Source: an uncultured Eubacteriales bacterium
GTDB taxonomy: Bacteria; Bacillota; Clostridia; Oscillospirales; CAG-272
Assembly (NCBI GenBank): GCA_934447715.1
Contig: CAKSER010000006.1
Location: forward strand, 14,394-78,393
Direction of reading: 5' to 3'
DNA: 64,000 bases
The stretch's first letter is position 1. Every line of letters starts with the position of its first letter. Under the pieces are notes generated by a model. That model was not told where the DNA came from and ran no database searches. It saw only the letters and a program-made list of their open reading frames with translations. Below are positions 36,925-46,271 of this stretch, piece by piece. A program made the translations under genes and the position numbers.

Positions 36925-38046
36925 TTATTTTTTAAGCTCGACGATTACCGGCTCCTTGTTGCAGGCACCGGATGCATCCCAGTTCATCTTACCTGTTATA
37001 CCGACATATGAAAAGCTCTCAGCGGTAATAGCCTCAACAACCTTCTTGCTGAGATCTGCTGCAGAAATGCTCGGATCGTTAACACCTGCTGCCTTCATTG
37101 CCTCAAAAACTGCATATACGGCATCATAGGCATCTGCTGCAAACTGGTTCGGAGTGCCGCCGAATTTCTCTTTATATGTCTTGACAAACGAAGCAACCTT
37201 TTCATCCGTGCTGTTTGCATCAAAGGGTGTTATATATTTTACATCGTTCTTTACTGTGTCATCAATCTGATCTGCAACACCGTCAAGACCGTCGCAGCCG
37301 AAAAGAACCGCATCGCAGCCCTTTGCAGCGCATGCCTTTGCAATCAGTCCTGCCTCGGTATAATAAATCGGGAGGAAGATTACATCGCAATCCTTGAGAG
37401 CCTCGACCTGTGTAGAGAAGTCGCGGTTGTTTTCCTTATCAAAGGACTGAGTTGTAAATTCCTTTCCGAGAGTTTTCATCTCATCCTCAAACGCCTTAAA
37501 GATTCCGCTTGAATAGTCGTCGGAGGAATCATAAATAACTCCGATATTTGCATACTTGCCTGTAAGCTCCTTTGCGGAAAGGATTCCCTGGTCAGGATCG
37601 CCGAAGCAGACACGGAATGCAGTCGGACGATCGGCAATTACGTTTGCTGCCGATGCAGAAGGAGTCATGAAGAACAGATTGTCCTTTGCTGCCTTGGATG
37701 CAAACGCCTCGCATGAACCGGAGGTTACCGATCCGAGAGAGATCTGCATGCCCTTGTCGAACAGCTGATCGTATCCGGCAGAAGCATCCTCTGCGGTTGC
37801 CTTATCGTCTACCATCTCGAAGTTGAAAGGAACGCCGTTAAGGCCGCCAGCTGCATTGATCTCGTCAATTGCAATCTGCGCACCGTTCTTTACCGCAACA
37901 CCGTATGTCATTGCACTGCCGGTAAGCGGTCCGGTTGCACCTATAAAGTAGCTGTTCTTGTCGTTCTTGCTGCCGCAGCCGGCAAAGCATGTAGCTACCA
38001 TAACAAAAGCCAGAACTGCAACAATGATTTTCGTAAATGATTTCAT
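36925..38046 (-). CDS. ABC transporter substrate-binding lipoprotein (LivJ/K-like, Peripla_BP_6)
   Basis: Lipobox VATCFAGCGS. The motif GATGPLTGSAMTYG is typical of Leu/Ile/Val-binding proteins. Confidence 0.85.
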   Translation of the reverse strand: MKSFTKIIVAVLAFVMVATCFAGCGSKNDKNSYFIGATGPLTGSAMTYGVAVKNGAQIAIDEINAAGGLNGVPFNFEMVDDKATAEDASAGYDQLFDKGMQISLGSVTSGSCEAFASKAAKDNLFFMTPSASAANVIADRPTAFRVCFGDPDQGILSAKELTGKYANIGVIYDSSDDYSSGIFKAFEDEMKTLGKEFTTQSFDKENNRDFSTQVEALKDCDVIFLPIYYTEAGLIAKACAAKGCDAVLFGCDGLDGVADQIDDTVKNDVKYITPFDANSTDEKVASFVKTYKEKFGGTPNQFAADAYDAVYAVFEAMKAAGVNDPSISAADLSKKVVEAITAESFSYVGITGKMNWDASGACNKEPVIVELKK

Positions 38047-38124
38047 TTTTCCTTACCTCTTTTTTTATATATTTATTTTCAGTATTGCATATGAACACTT
38101 AAAAATACAAATTAATAAATGCAA

Positions 38125-38161
38125 TCAAAAAATCGGCTTCGCTTAATTTGACGAAACCGAT
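38125..38161 (-). terminator. terminator after small membrane protein gene
   Basis: ATCGGTTTCG / CGAAGCCGAT stem on the minus strand followed by TTTTTTG. Confidence 0.55.
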
Positions 38162-38181
38162 CGGTAAATACATGATTTTTT

Positions 38182-38430
38182 TCATGAAGCCCCAAAAGGC
38201 TTTATCCGTTTCGCCATACAGCATGCAGCATTCACAATAATGACAGTAAGTAGGACTGCAAGTAGGAGAGCATTGCCTAAAATAACGGATAATAGAAAAA
38301 TGGCCGCAACAGTAGCGACCAGAACAGCAGTATAGTTTTTTTCACACGAAAAAACCGCCGGTGTGCATTCTGCGCCGGTAAAAGGAGTGGTATAGTATTG
38401 TTTCTTTGAGCTTGAATACATCTTTGTCAC
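38182..38430 (-). CDS. small membrane protein, unknown function
   Basis: 82 aa with a central hydrophobic stretch of about 45 aa (two TMs). It is followed by a terminator. Confidence 0.35.
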   Translation of the reverse strand: MTKMYSSSKKQYYTTPFTGAECTPAVFSCEKNYTAVLVATVAAIFLLSVILGNALLLAVLLTVIIVNAACCMAKRIKPFGAS

Positions 38431-38620
38431 CCTTCCTTTCGGTCTTTTCTGAAATTATATACTTTTTTTTATTCTTTGTCAACAAAATTTAATAAATTAA
38501 AAAACTTTGAATAAAATACACAATTTTCAGCCGATTATCTCTTCATTTATATAGAATTTTTCCTTTCAGAATGCCGGTTTGCTCCGTTTCTTTAAAAAAC
38601 CAAAAAAACATGTCCGCATG

Positions 38621-38664
38621 CAAAAAAAGATCCGGCACAAACCGATATCAGCCTGCGCCGGGTC
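38621..38664 (-). terminator. terminator after TPM gene
   Basis: GACCCGGCGC...GTGCCGGATC stem followed by TTTTTTTGC on the minus strand. Confidence 0.6.
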
Positions 38665-38702
38665 TGCATTTTTTAAACACTTTTATATATCAGAAAAGTC
38701 TT

Positions 38703-39533
38703 TCAGAACTTTCCTCCGCCGCCTCCGTGGCTTGTTCCGGACGAGGACGTATGGGATGACGAGCCTCCTCCGCTCGAGCTGCTTTCTGTCGGTCTTGCGG
38801 TACGGCTGACCGTTCTGTAAAGGAAGAGATCGCGGCTTTCGGTCACGTTCATGCTTCCTTTTCTTATGTAGCTGTTTGCAGCCGCCTGAGATCTGACCGA
38901 TTTGAGCTTGCCCTTCATAACTCCGGTAGCAATCAGCGCGACGACAAGACCGATGACAAGCGAAATTACAAGGCTGCCGAATACGCCAAACGGTTCTTTT
39001 GGCATATTGTCGCCGTCATATGGATTCCCGGTTTTTGCCTGCGTAAGAAACTCGTCGCACAGATCGGCAAAGGTCATAAATGCATCCGAGTAGTCACCGT
39101 CGCTCAGCGACGACAGAAATTTTTCGGAAATATAATCTATGCCGTCGTCTGTCAGAGCGGTTTTGCCGAAGCCGGTTGTGCTTATCCACCAGTCCCTGTC
39201 CTCCATGCTGACAAGCAGCAGAATTCCGTCGCGGTTGCTTGTAAAGCCGTAGCCGTTATAATCGTAAAAATCGTCGGCATAGTCCCTGGGGCTCTTTCCT
39301 TCAAGAGTGTTTGTCGTTACTACAACGACATCCGCCTGCTGCCTTTCGCTTATTTCATCAAGCTTTTCAAGCAGCTCATTTCGCTCGCTGTCGCTTAAAA
39401 GCCCTGCATAATCCTCAACTCTTGAAAGGTCGCTCTTTGCAGCAACAGAAAAAGCAGCAAGTGCAAATATAAAGGAGATCAGCACCGAAGCGGCGCTCTT
39501 AATTATGCTTTTTGTTGTTTTCTTTGTCTTCAC
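38703..39533 (-). CDS. TPM-domain protein (YgcG-like), membrane anchored with Gly/Ser-rich tail
   Basis: Signal peptide, then VEDYAGLLSDSERNELLEKLDEISERQQADVVVVT...RDGILLLVSMEDRDWWISTTG (TPM fold pattern), a TM segment, and the tail SSSGGGSSSHTSSSGTSHGGGGGKF. Confidence 0.8.
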   Translation of the reverse strand: MKTKKTTKSIIKSAASVLISFIFALAAFSVAAKSDLSRVEDYAGLLSDSERNELLEKLDEISERQQADVVVVTTNTLEGKSPRDYADDFYDYNGYGFTSNRDGILLLVSMEDRDWWISTTGFGKTALTDDGIDYISEKFLSSLSDGDYSDAFMTFADLCDEFLTQAKTGNPYDGDNMPKEPFGVFGSLVISLVIGLVVALIATGVMKGKLKSVRSQAAANSYIRKGSMNVTESRDLFLYRTVSRTARPTESSSSGGGSSSHTSSSGTSHGGGGGKF

Positions 39534-39546
39534 CGTCTTAACCTCC

Positions 39547-40632
39547 TCAAATCAGCCATAAAAGATAGGACAGTAAGAACACTCCTGCGCCTACCGCTGC
39601 GGTTAAGCCGAACAGCCATTTTCTGAATGCCGATTTATCGACAGGCAGGTCGCCTACCAGCTTTCCGGTCTGACCGTTCATCGCAAAGGTGTATTTGTTG
39701 CCCTCCCATGTCGTGTTGAGCAGCCATACCGGATAAAGTGCATATTTTACCCGTCCGTTGTGCAGGCGCACGCCGGAAGATTCCGGGACAACCGTTGCAT
39801 AGCCCGAAACTGTTGCGGCAAAGGCATCCTCGGTGCTTTTTTTGATTCTCTCGTTTGCACGGTCAATGCTGTGCTCGGTATCAATATCGTACTTGTCGGC
39901 AAAATATCCGGCAAGATATGCGGTTTTAAAGTCGACCGCGTCCGAAAAATCGTACGGCTCGATCGATTCCATAAGATCGTCCGCCATTTTAGATGATCCG
40001 TCAACCGGAACGCAGTCAAAGCCGATGCTTCCTCCCCTTACAACAGAGAAAAAGCTCGTCTCGGTATAGTTATATCTGCTGTCGCTCCAGGAGCGGACAC
40101 GGGTTGCTCTGTAGCGGATGTTCGCATCCGCATCGGCGTCGAAAAGCCAGAACGGGACATATACGCCCTTGATCTCGTCGATGTGGTTCTGATCCTTGAA
40201 CACCTTCGGAAGCAGCCTTTTTCCGCTGTAGTGCTTTAAAAGCGCCGCCTTTGCCGCATTTTTGTCAAGCTTGAACGGGATGACATAATCCGGCTTGAGC
40301 GCACCGGAAAGCTGCCCTGTCATTACAACCGGATTTCCGCAGAACGGACAGGTGGTCGCGGCTGTGTTTTCGTCTCCGATAATTTCGCCTCCGCAGGATT
40401 TGCAGATATACGATCTGAGCCCGTCGGTCTCTCCGTCCTGCCAGCTTGTTTCTGTTTCGCTTTCCCATTTCATGTCGTCGCCGCGCTCGCCCTTGAGCTC
40501 TTCATCATAGCCCTTTAGCGTGTCCACGTCAAATTCCGTGTCGCAATACGGGCACTTCATTTTCTGCAAGCCGCTGTCAAAGGTTATCGCTCCTCCGCAG
40601 CACGGGCATTTATACTCCTGAAGCTCTGCCAT
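39547..40632 (-). CDS. double zinc-ribbon protein with C-terminal TM anchor, unknown function
   Basis: Zinc ribbons CPCCGG...CPYCDTEF and CKSCGG...CPFCGNPV, then a conserved-looking domain of about 230 aa and a C-terminal TM. I chose the ATG at 40632, after GGGAG. Confidence 0.7.
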   Translation of the reverse strand: MAELQEYKCPCCGGAITFDSGLQKMKCPYCDTEFDVDTLKGYDEELKGERGDDMKWESETETSWQDGETDGLRSYICKSCGGEIIGDENTAATTCPFCGNPVVMTGQLSGALKPDYVIPFKLDKNAAKAALLKHYSGKRLLPKVFKDQNHIDEIKGVYVPFWLFDADADANIRYRATRVRSWSDSRYNYTETSFFSVVRGGSIGFDCVPVDGSSKMADDLMESIEPYDFSDAVDFKTAYLAGYFADKYDIDTEHSIDRANERIKKSTEDAFAATVSGYATVVPESSGVRLHNGRVKYALYPVWLLNTTWEGNKYTFAMNGQTGKLVGDLPVDKSAFRKWLFGLTAAVGAGVFLLSYLLWLI

Positions 40633-40759
40633 TCTGTTATCTCCCATTTATTTTATATATTAAAAATTTTTAATATTCGTTCGTTTTATTTATATTTATG
40701 CCTCTGACAGCGGCATAATACAAAGCACAAGTCTTTTAATCTGGGCCGAGCCTAAGCCC

Positions 40760-41029
40760 TCACGGCTTTCTGCCTGCCGAATACGGATTTTTGTTTTCCT
40801 TTGGCGGATCCTTTATATTGCTGCATTTCCCTGCCCATCTCAAAAAGAGCATCCAAAAAAGGATTCCCAAAATCCAAAGTGCAAGAGCCGCAGCCGACCA
40901 CCAGACCGATAAGCCGAGACACCTATGCAAGACATATAAAATCACAGCCGGAATGATCCCCTCGAAATTCAGCAAAAGGTTGATAAGCAGGCTGACAAAA
41001 AAGCCGGCATTGCGTCGTGTCCTGCGCAT
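40760..41029 (-). CDS. small membrane protein, unknown function
   Basis: 89 aa with three hydrophobic segments and a basic tail. Confidence 0.4.
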   Translation of the reverse strand: MRRTRRNAGFFVSLLINLLLNFEGIIPAVILYVLHRCLGLSVWWSAAALALWILGILFWMLFLRWAGKCSNIKDPPKENKNPYSAGRKP

Positions 41030-41085
41030 TTTCTCACCTCCGCTTATCTCGTTTCATATTGCCACCGCATTTAGTATACCATGAA

Positions 41086-41226
41086 GCAAAAATGCTTGCT
41101 TGCAAGGGTATTTTTGCGAAGCCGTCAATGTCCGCAGCCGCGCGAAGTACGGAAAGACAACAGCCGTGAAAGTTTGCTTTGCAAACTTTTCTGCGGACAT
41201 TATACCACACCAATTCGGTGTTTTTC
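41086..41226 (+). repeat. solitary copy of the composite palindromic element seen at 26.6-27.0 kb
   Basis: CAATGTCCGCAGCCGCGCGAAGTACGG corresponds to CAATATCCGCAGCCGTGCGGAGCACGG at 26.78 kb. TTTGCTTTGCAAACTTTTCTGCGGACATTATACCACAC corresponds to TTGCCTTGCAAGCATTTTGCGGACATTTTAGCACAA at 26.82 kb. Confidence 0.7.
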
Positions 41227-41315
41227 AACATTTTTTGCCCGGTAAATACAGCAAAATGCAAAAAAGCTCCGAAGAGAATTGCTCTCTTCAAAGCCTTTTT
41301 AGTAAACTGCATCCT

Positions 41316-42482
41316 TTATCGGCTGCCCGAAATCTCAAATGGCTCAAATTGTCCGGAATCGGGGTTTTTAACCGCTCCGTCGCTGTTTATCATTCTTAAT
41401 CCGTAGCCGTCGCAGGCGACAAAGAGGTCTCCTGTGCCGTCCTTCAGCAGGAATATCAGATATCTGCTTCCATCAGACGGAGCAGCGGAGCGCTCGGTTA
41501 CGGGATCACCGATATATCTTGTATCTGCTTGGTATTTTGTCAGCCTGTCAAAGCCGTATTTTGCCGAGACCGACGAATCGGCATATTTCATGAAATCGGA
41601 TACCGGCAGCGCTCCGCCGTAATAGCCGATCTCAAGCTCTTCATTTAATAATCTATCCGATATTTTATCCGGATCTCCCTTAAGCACCCTGACATCGCCG
41701 AAGCTTCCTATCGAAATAATCCGCCCGTCAGCTGTCGCATATGTTGACAGTTTTTTTCTGTATACTCCCTCGACAACAAGATCAACAGAGTCAAGCATCG
41801 ACAGAAGGTCGGTCGGGATTGCATAATCAAAGGAATGCTGAACAGTATACGAAATATCCGGATCCTTAACCGGCTTGATCTCGGTATAATATACAATGCC
41901 GAAGTCGTCAAGGTCGCTTATCCTTGCCCTTCCTGTCTTTAAAGCCTCCTTTATCGTCTCCTTTTTGCCGTCGGAATACTCAACTATCGTATAGCTGCTC
42001 TGAGGTGTCGGAAAGCTGTAAAAATATATGCTGTCCTCATAAAATCTCTCCTCAACCTGATCAACCGAGATCTCTTGCGCGATTATATCGACAATTTTCG
42101 GTTCCTTATGGTACCTGACGCAGGGGAACGCGTCGAGGTCGGAGGGGGTGACGATTCCTTCTTTTATCGCGTCCTTAAGCTCCTGCTCGCTTCCGTCTGT
42201 ATATACCGCAGTCATGAAGCTGCTGTTTATGCCTTCGAATACATACCAATATTCTTCATCCTCGTAAAATCTCTCGTCCTTATAGTCGATTGCAGGGTAA
42301 AAATCATGTACTATAATATCCGACAGCTTCTTTTCTGAGCTTTCTGTTTCGCTGTCGGTTTTGCTGTCGGTTTTGCCGTCGCCGCCGCTGCTGTCCGGAT
42401 TTTTTATACCGCAGGCGCAAAGCAAAAGCATGCATATCATACTCATCGCAAAAAGCACTATCGCGTTTTTTGGTTTCTTCAT
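41316..42482 (-). CDS. secreted lipoprotein with tandem internal domain duplication, unknown function
   Basis: Lipobox LLLCACG. Two repeats of about 75 aa share ERFYED..Y.Y.F....S....Y.DG....K.A.K.G....SDLD.F...Y..E.K. Confidence 0.7.
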   Translation of the reverse strand: MKKPKNAIVLFAMSMICMLLLCACGIKNPDSSGGDGKTDSKTDSETESSEKKLSDIIVHDFYPAIDYKDERFYEDEEYWYVFEGINSSFMTAVYTDGSEQELKDAIKEGIVTPSDLDAFPCVRYHKEPKIVDIIAQEISVDQVEERFYEDSIYFYSFPTPQSSYTIVEYSDGKKETIKEALKTGRARISDLDDFGIVYYTEIKPVKDPDISYTVQHSFDYAIPTDLLSMLDSVDLVVEGVYRKKLSTYATADGRIISIGSFGDVRVLKGDPDKISDRLLNEELEIGYYGGALPVSDFMKYADSSVSAKYGFDRLTKYQADTRYIGDPVTERSAAPSDGSRYLIFLLKDGTGDLFVACDGYGLRMINSDGAVKNPDSGQFEPFEISGSR

Positions 42483-42556
42483 TTTGCCGCTTTTTCCCTC
42501 CCTATTTAAATGGTATAAATCATAATCATTAAAGCCAGCCTCCGCAAATCAGGCGG

Positions 42557-43558
42557 TCATTCCGGCAGAATCGGCATAAGACTGCTGTTTACATAGACGG
42601 TGTCCTCTCCCGAATCCAGCCACTCAGGTACAAGAAAGAAATCGATCCCAACATCTGCCGGGGCCTTAAACGCCCTTAACCGATCCTTTGTCATGTAAAC
42701 AAGAAGTATGGTTTCGGTCCGGTCTGTCGGCGTTTTTCCGTCTGTAAAGACCACCTTTACCTCTTTGTATTCTGTTTTACATTCGTCAAGATATTCCCTT
42801 GCGCGTTCCTTCATTTTTTCTTCATGCGCAAGTCTGTCGGATTCCGAAATTCGGTTGGCTTCTGCCCACAGCCTGTTTACTTCCTGCTTATCAGCCTCAT
42901 CAAGATCATACAGCCTTATGCATTCATCGCAGCTTCGGTCCATTGACTTTTTTGGATGCGTTTTTACATGCACCGAAAATTCGTTTTCGTACCGCCAAAG
43001 CCTTGCTTCCTCCAGGCTTTTTGCCTTTTCGGCAATTTTTGTATACTCCTCGGACTGTTCAAATTCAGCTCTGCAGGTCATGCCGAGGGCAAGCAGGCAG
43101 TTTTCGTATGAATCGCCGCTTTCAATAATCTCGCGAAGCCCTCCGTACGAAGCAAATCTCACCTGACCCGGTTTCGGCGGCTGCTTTTCATACTCTGTCA
43201 GATCGCATTTTGGCAGATCGCTGTCCGACATCCCGGATGCATAGATAATATCAAAGGTCCTGTCGCCGTCGGGCTTTTCTGTCTTACTTGCATCAGAGCT
43301 TTCGGATATATTATTATCCGGAACATCCGGCAACCGGGTTTTTGAAAAGGACATCATAACCGCTGCCGCAAGTACGGCAGTGAGCACCGCAGACGCCGCC
43401 ATACTTCCGTATTTTATTATGCCCTTTCTCCTTCTTTTACGGCTTTCGCGTCTTTTTATACATTCATCTATATACCCTTCGTCGATTTTCCCGAGCCCGT
43501 CCGATAGTATGTATCTATTGTTTCTATCGTTTTTATCATTTATATCGTTTTTGCTCAT
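42557..43558 (-). CDS. candidate anti-sigma factor (single-pass membrane protein)
   Basis: It overlaps the ECF sigma gene by 4 nt. It has a short cytoplasmic N-terminus, a TM (MAASAVLTAVLAAAVMMSF) and a large extracytoplasmic domain. No ZAS motif was seen. Confidence 0.5.
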   Translation of the reverse strand: MSKNDINDKNDRNNRYILSDGLGKIDEGYIDECIKRRESRKRRRKGIIKYGSMAASAVLTAVLAAAVMMSFSKTRLPDVPDNNISESSDASKTEKPDGDRTFDIIYASGMSDSDLPKCDLTEYEKQPPKPGQVRFASYGGLREIIESGDSYENCLLALGMTCRAEFEQSEEYTKIAEKAKSLEEARLWRYENEFSVHVKTHPKKSMDRSCDECIRLYDLDEADKQEVNRLWAEANRISESDRLAHEEKMKERAREYLDECKTEYKEVKVVFTDGKTPTDRTETILLVYMTKDRLRAFKAPADVGIDFFLVPEWLDSGEDTVYVNSSLMPILPE

Positions 43559-44118
43559 CGGTCATACCCCCATTCTGCAAGAATCCTTTTGAGCTTTTGT
43601 CTCATTCTTGAAAGCCTTTTTTCAAGAGTGCTGACACTCATAAGCAGATCGCGCGCAATATCTGCCGTGTCCTCAAACTCAAAGTAACGCCTGATGAAGA
43701 TTTCCCTGTTCTCGCCCGAAAGTGTCCCTAAAAAGCTGTTTAATATCTGTTGCATGCAGATTTCATCGATTACCGTTTTTTCAACATCAATACAGGCTTC
43801 AAGCTCATCTGCAATTTCGAAATAAGCCGATCCGGCTCTCTTTTTTGCACTGTTATACCTGATTTTGTCGACAGAAATTCTTCTCATGATCATACATGCA
43901 TACGATAAAATACTTTTCGGCTTTGCAGGCGGAACCGTGTTCCACACCTCGAGAAATGTATCGTTTAGGCATTCCTCCGCGTCGCTTTGGCTCAGTCCGA
44001 GATTCCCTGCAATTTTCAAAAGCAGCGCCCTGCAGCTTTTTTCGATGTCTGTAAGCGCTGTGAAATCGCGATTTTCAAGCGCTTTTACAATCTCATCGGT
44101 TGAATGCAACATCTTCAT
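43555..44118 (-). CDS. ECF-type RNA polymerase sigma-70 factor
   Basis: Region 2 (AEECLNDTFLEVW) and region 4 HTH (FEDTADIARDLLMSVSTLEKRLSRMRQKL). Confidence 0.8.
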   Translation of the reverse strand: MKMLHSTDEIVKALENRDFTALTDIEKSCRALLLKIAGNLGLSQSDAEECLNDTFLEVWNTVPPAKPKSILSYACMIMRRISVDKIRYNSAKKRAGSAYFEIADELEACIDVEKTVIDEICMQQILNSFLGTLSGENREIFIRRYFEFEDTADIARDLLMSVSTLEKRLSRMRQKLKRILAEWGYDR

Positions 44119-44261
44119 TTGCCACTGCTCCTTCTGCGGTCTGCTTTCATATATATAATCGAAAAAAATTCCTTATCCTGACAGCTTTAAAATCTTTTTT
44201 TCAATTTTTCCGGCACTTACACTGCATGTTCCGGCTCTATATACCGACCGGTATCGCTTCT

Positions 44262-44705
44262 TCAGTACAGATTTTTAAACATTTCTCCGTCTATGAGCAA
44301 TATGCTTTCGATCGGGATTTCGGATTTGTCGGAAAGCACAAGCCTGCGCCTGTATTCGTCAATCCGCAAGACCCTTCCGGTAATAGCCACATATCTGCCT
44401 CCTGCTTTTCTTTCGTCCGGCTTGAAATAGGTAACCGAGATTTCCGGCTTGCTGTCTGTTTCTGAAATCACCGATGCAATATAGCTAAGTTTGCTATTAA
44501 GCTCGCCTGCTGCGTCATCATCGAGCACCGTCTGCTCGTCGGTCAGCCGCCCTGCCTCCTTTACCTGATCGTCATATCCGACAAGCGCCGCAAACGGGGC
44601 AAAGGATGCCGCGCGGTTTGTTTTCGGCATCCGTCTTTTCGTTATCAGCTCGTGATGCGGAAGATTTATAATATCTGCATACAGCTCCTCTGCTTTTTCG
44701 TTCAC
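44262..44705 (-). CDS. YolD-like protein (Y-family polymerase accessory)
   Basis: RMPKTNRAASFAPFAALVGYDD and VTYFKPDERKAGGRYVAITGRVLRIDEYRRRLVL match the YolD-like pattern. It overlaps the polymerase gene by 4 nt. Confidence 0.7.
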   Translation of the reverse strand: MNEKAEELYADIINLPHHELITKRRMPKTNRAASFAPFAALVGYDDQVKEAGRLTDEQTVLDDDAAGELNSKLSYIASVISETDSKPEISVTYFKPDERKAGGRYVAITGRVLRIDEYRRRLVLSDKSEIPIESILLIDGEMFKNLY

Positions 44706-46204
44706 GCCCTGTGGCCTCCTACCTGTCCGTTTCTCTCTCTTGCCGTCGCGCCCTCTATAAAATTCATTCCCTTAAGGATCGCGTTCTTGCCGTATCGCTT
44801 TTTGATTCTGATAATCGCTTCCTGTATCTGCCTTTCGTTTTCGAGAGCCTTTTTTTCATCCTGCGCCCGTTTTTCACTTTTTACCGGATCGTCAAAGAAG
44901 GAAAGCTGCTCGGCTGCTATGCTCTCTGCTTCGATATCGCCTTCCTTTGCAAGCCTGCAGGCAGCCACCGTGATACGGCGCACAAGCAGATTTTTGTTTA
45001 TAATCCGATCAAACAGCTCTAGTGTGGCATCGGTAATGATTTTTGAGGAGGAGGTTTTCCTTTTCAGATTTACCGTGCCGTGTGCATGCCTTGGAATTTT
45101 TCTGCCGTACCGATCGACCGTCACCTCTCCGTGATATCCTGCGCGGATTTTAGGATTTGTCAGGTTTTCTATATCATATCCGACATCGAGCACGATCTGA
45201 TCGGTCACAAGCCCCTTATCCACAAGGTCAAGCACATGCTGATCAATCATTTCTCTTATAATCAGCCTTGTTTTTTCGTAATCGTACGGGCATTTAAGCA
45301 CCTGCCCGACGCTCAGGCTGCTCGAGGACGGTTTATACGCCTTTATATCTGCAATCGTGGTCGGATCCCAGCCCCATGCACGGTCGATAAGCAGCTCCGC
45401 ATTGACGCCGAAAAGGCGGAACAGCTTCGCCTCGTCATAGTGCGAGCATCTTGCAACATCTCCCATGGTGTACATATAGTTTGCCTCGAGCTTTTTTGCA
45501 ATTCCGCTTCCGAGCATCCAGAAATCGGTCAGCGGACGGTGCGTCCAGAGCTGACTGCGGTAGCTCATCTCGTCAAGCTCTGCAATCCTGACGCCGTTTT
45601 TATCTGCCGGCAGCTTCTTTGCGGTAATATCCATTGCGATCTTTGCAAGATACATATTTGTGCCGATGCCTGCCGTCGCGGTTATTCCGGTGCTCTTAAA
45701 AACATCCATTATCATCATCTGTGCGATCTCTCTTGCACTTTTTTTATAGGTCGGAAGATAATGCGTAAGATCGATGAACACCTCATCTATCGAATACACA
45801 TGGATATCCTCCGGGGCTGTATATTTAAGGTAGATATTATAAATTTTCGTACTGTATTCCATATAGTACGACATTCTCGGAGGGGCTTTGATATAACCGA
45901 GCGCAAGAGATGGATTTTTCGAAAGCTCGACCGAATTATACGACTCGGATTCAAGTCTTCTGTTAGGCGCTTTGTATCTGCGTTGCCGGTTGATCTCGTC
46001 AACCCTTGAAATGACCTCAAAAAGCCTTGCCCTGCCGGAAATTCCGTACGCCTTAAGCGGAGGTGTGACCGCAAGGCAGATCGTTTTCTCTGTTCTGTTA
46101 ACATCCGCAACCACAAGATTTGTTGTCAGCGGATCGAACCCCCGTGTAACACATTCAACCGAGGCATAAAAGCTCTTCAGGTCGATGCACAGATATGTAT
46201 TCAC
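44702..46204 (-). CDS. Y-family (UmuC/UvrX-like) translesion DNA polymerase
   Basis: Motifs CIDLKSFYASVEC, YSIDEVFIDLT and ATAGIGTNMYLAKIAMD. Confidence 0.9.
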   Translation of the reverse strand: MNTYLCIDLKSFYASVECVTRGFDPLTTNLVVADVNRTEKTICLAVTPPLKAYGISGRARLFEVISRVDEINRQRRYKAPNRRLESESYNSVELSKNPSLALGYIKAPPRMSYYMEYSTKIYNIYLKYTAPEDIHVYSIDEVFIDLTHYLPTYKKSAREIAQMMIMDVFKSTGITATAGIGTNMYLAKIAMDITAKKLPADKNGVRIAELDEMSYRSQLWTHRPLTDFWMLGSGIAKKLEANYMYTMGDVARCSHYDEAKLFRLFGVNAELLIDRAWGWDPTTIADIKAYKPSSSSLSVGQVLKCPYDYEKTRLIIREMIDQHVLDLVDKGLVTDQIVLDVGYDIENLTNPKIRAGYHGEVTVDRYGRKIPRHAHGTVNLKRKTSSSKIITDATLELFDRIINKNLLVRRITVAACRLAKEGDIEAESIAAEQLSFFDDPVKSEKRAQDEKKALENERQIQEAIIRIKKRYGKNAILKGMNFIEGATARERNGQVGGHRA

Positions 46205-46271
46205 TTTTATACCCCCGTCTTCTTTTCGCTTTTATCGTCTTTACGGCATCCGCAGCATCATGCCTTACAGC

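Noticed and set aside
41034-41312. 92-aa minus-strand ORF and the overlapping plus-strand ORFs (41100-41406).
   Set aside because: - They lie entirely within the palindromic repeat copy.
- The translations are repeat-driven and have no RBS.
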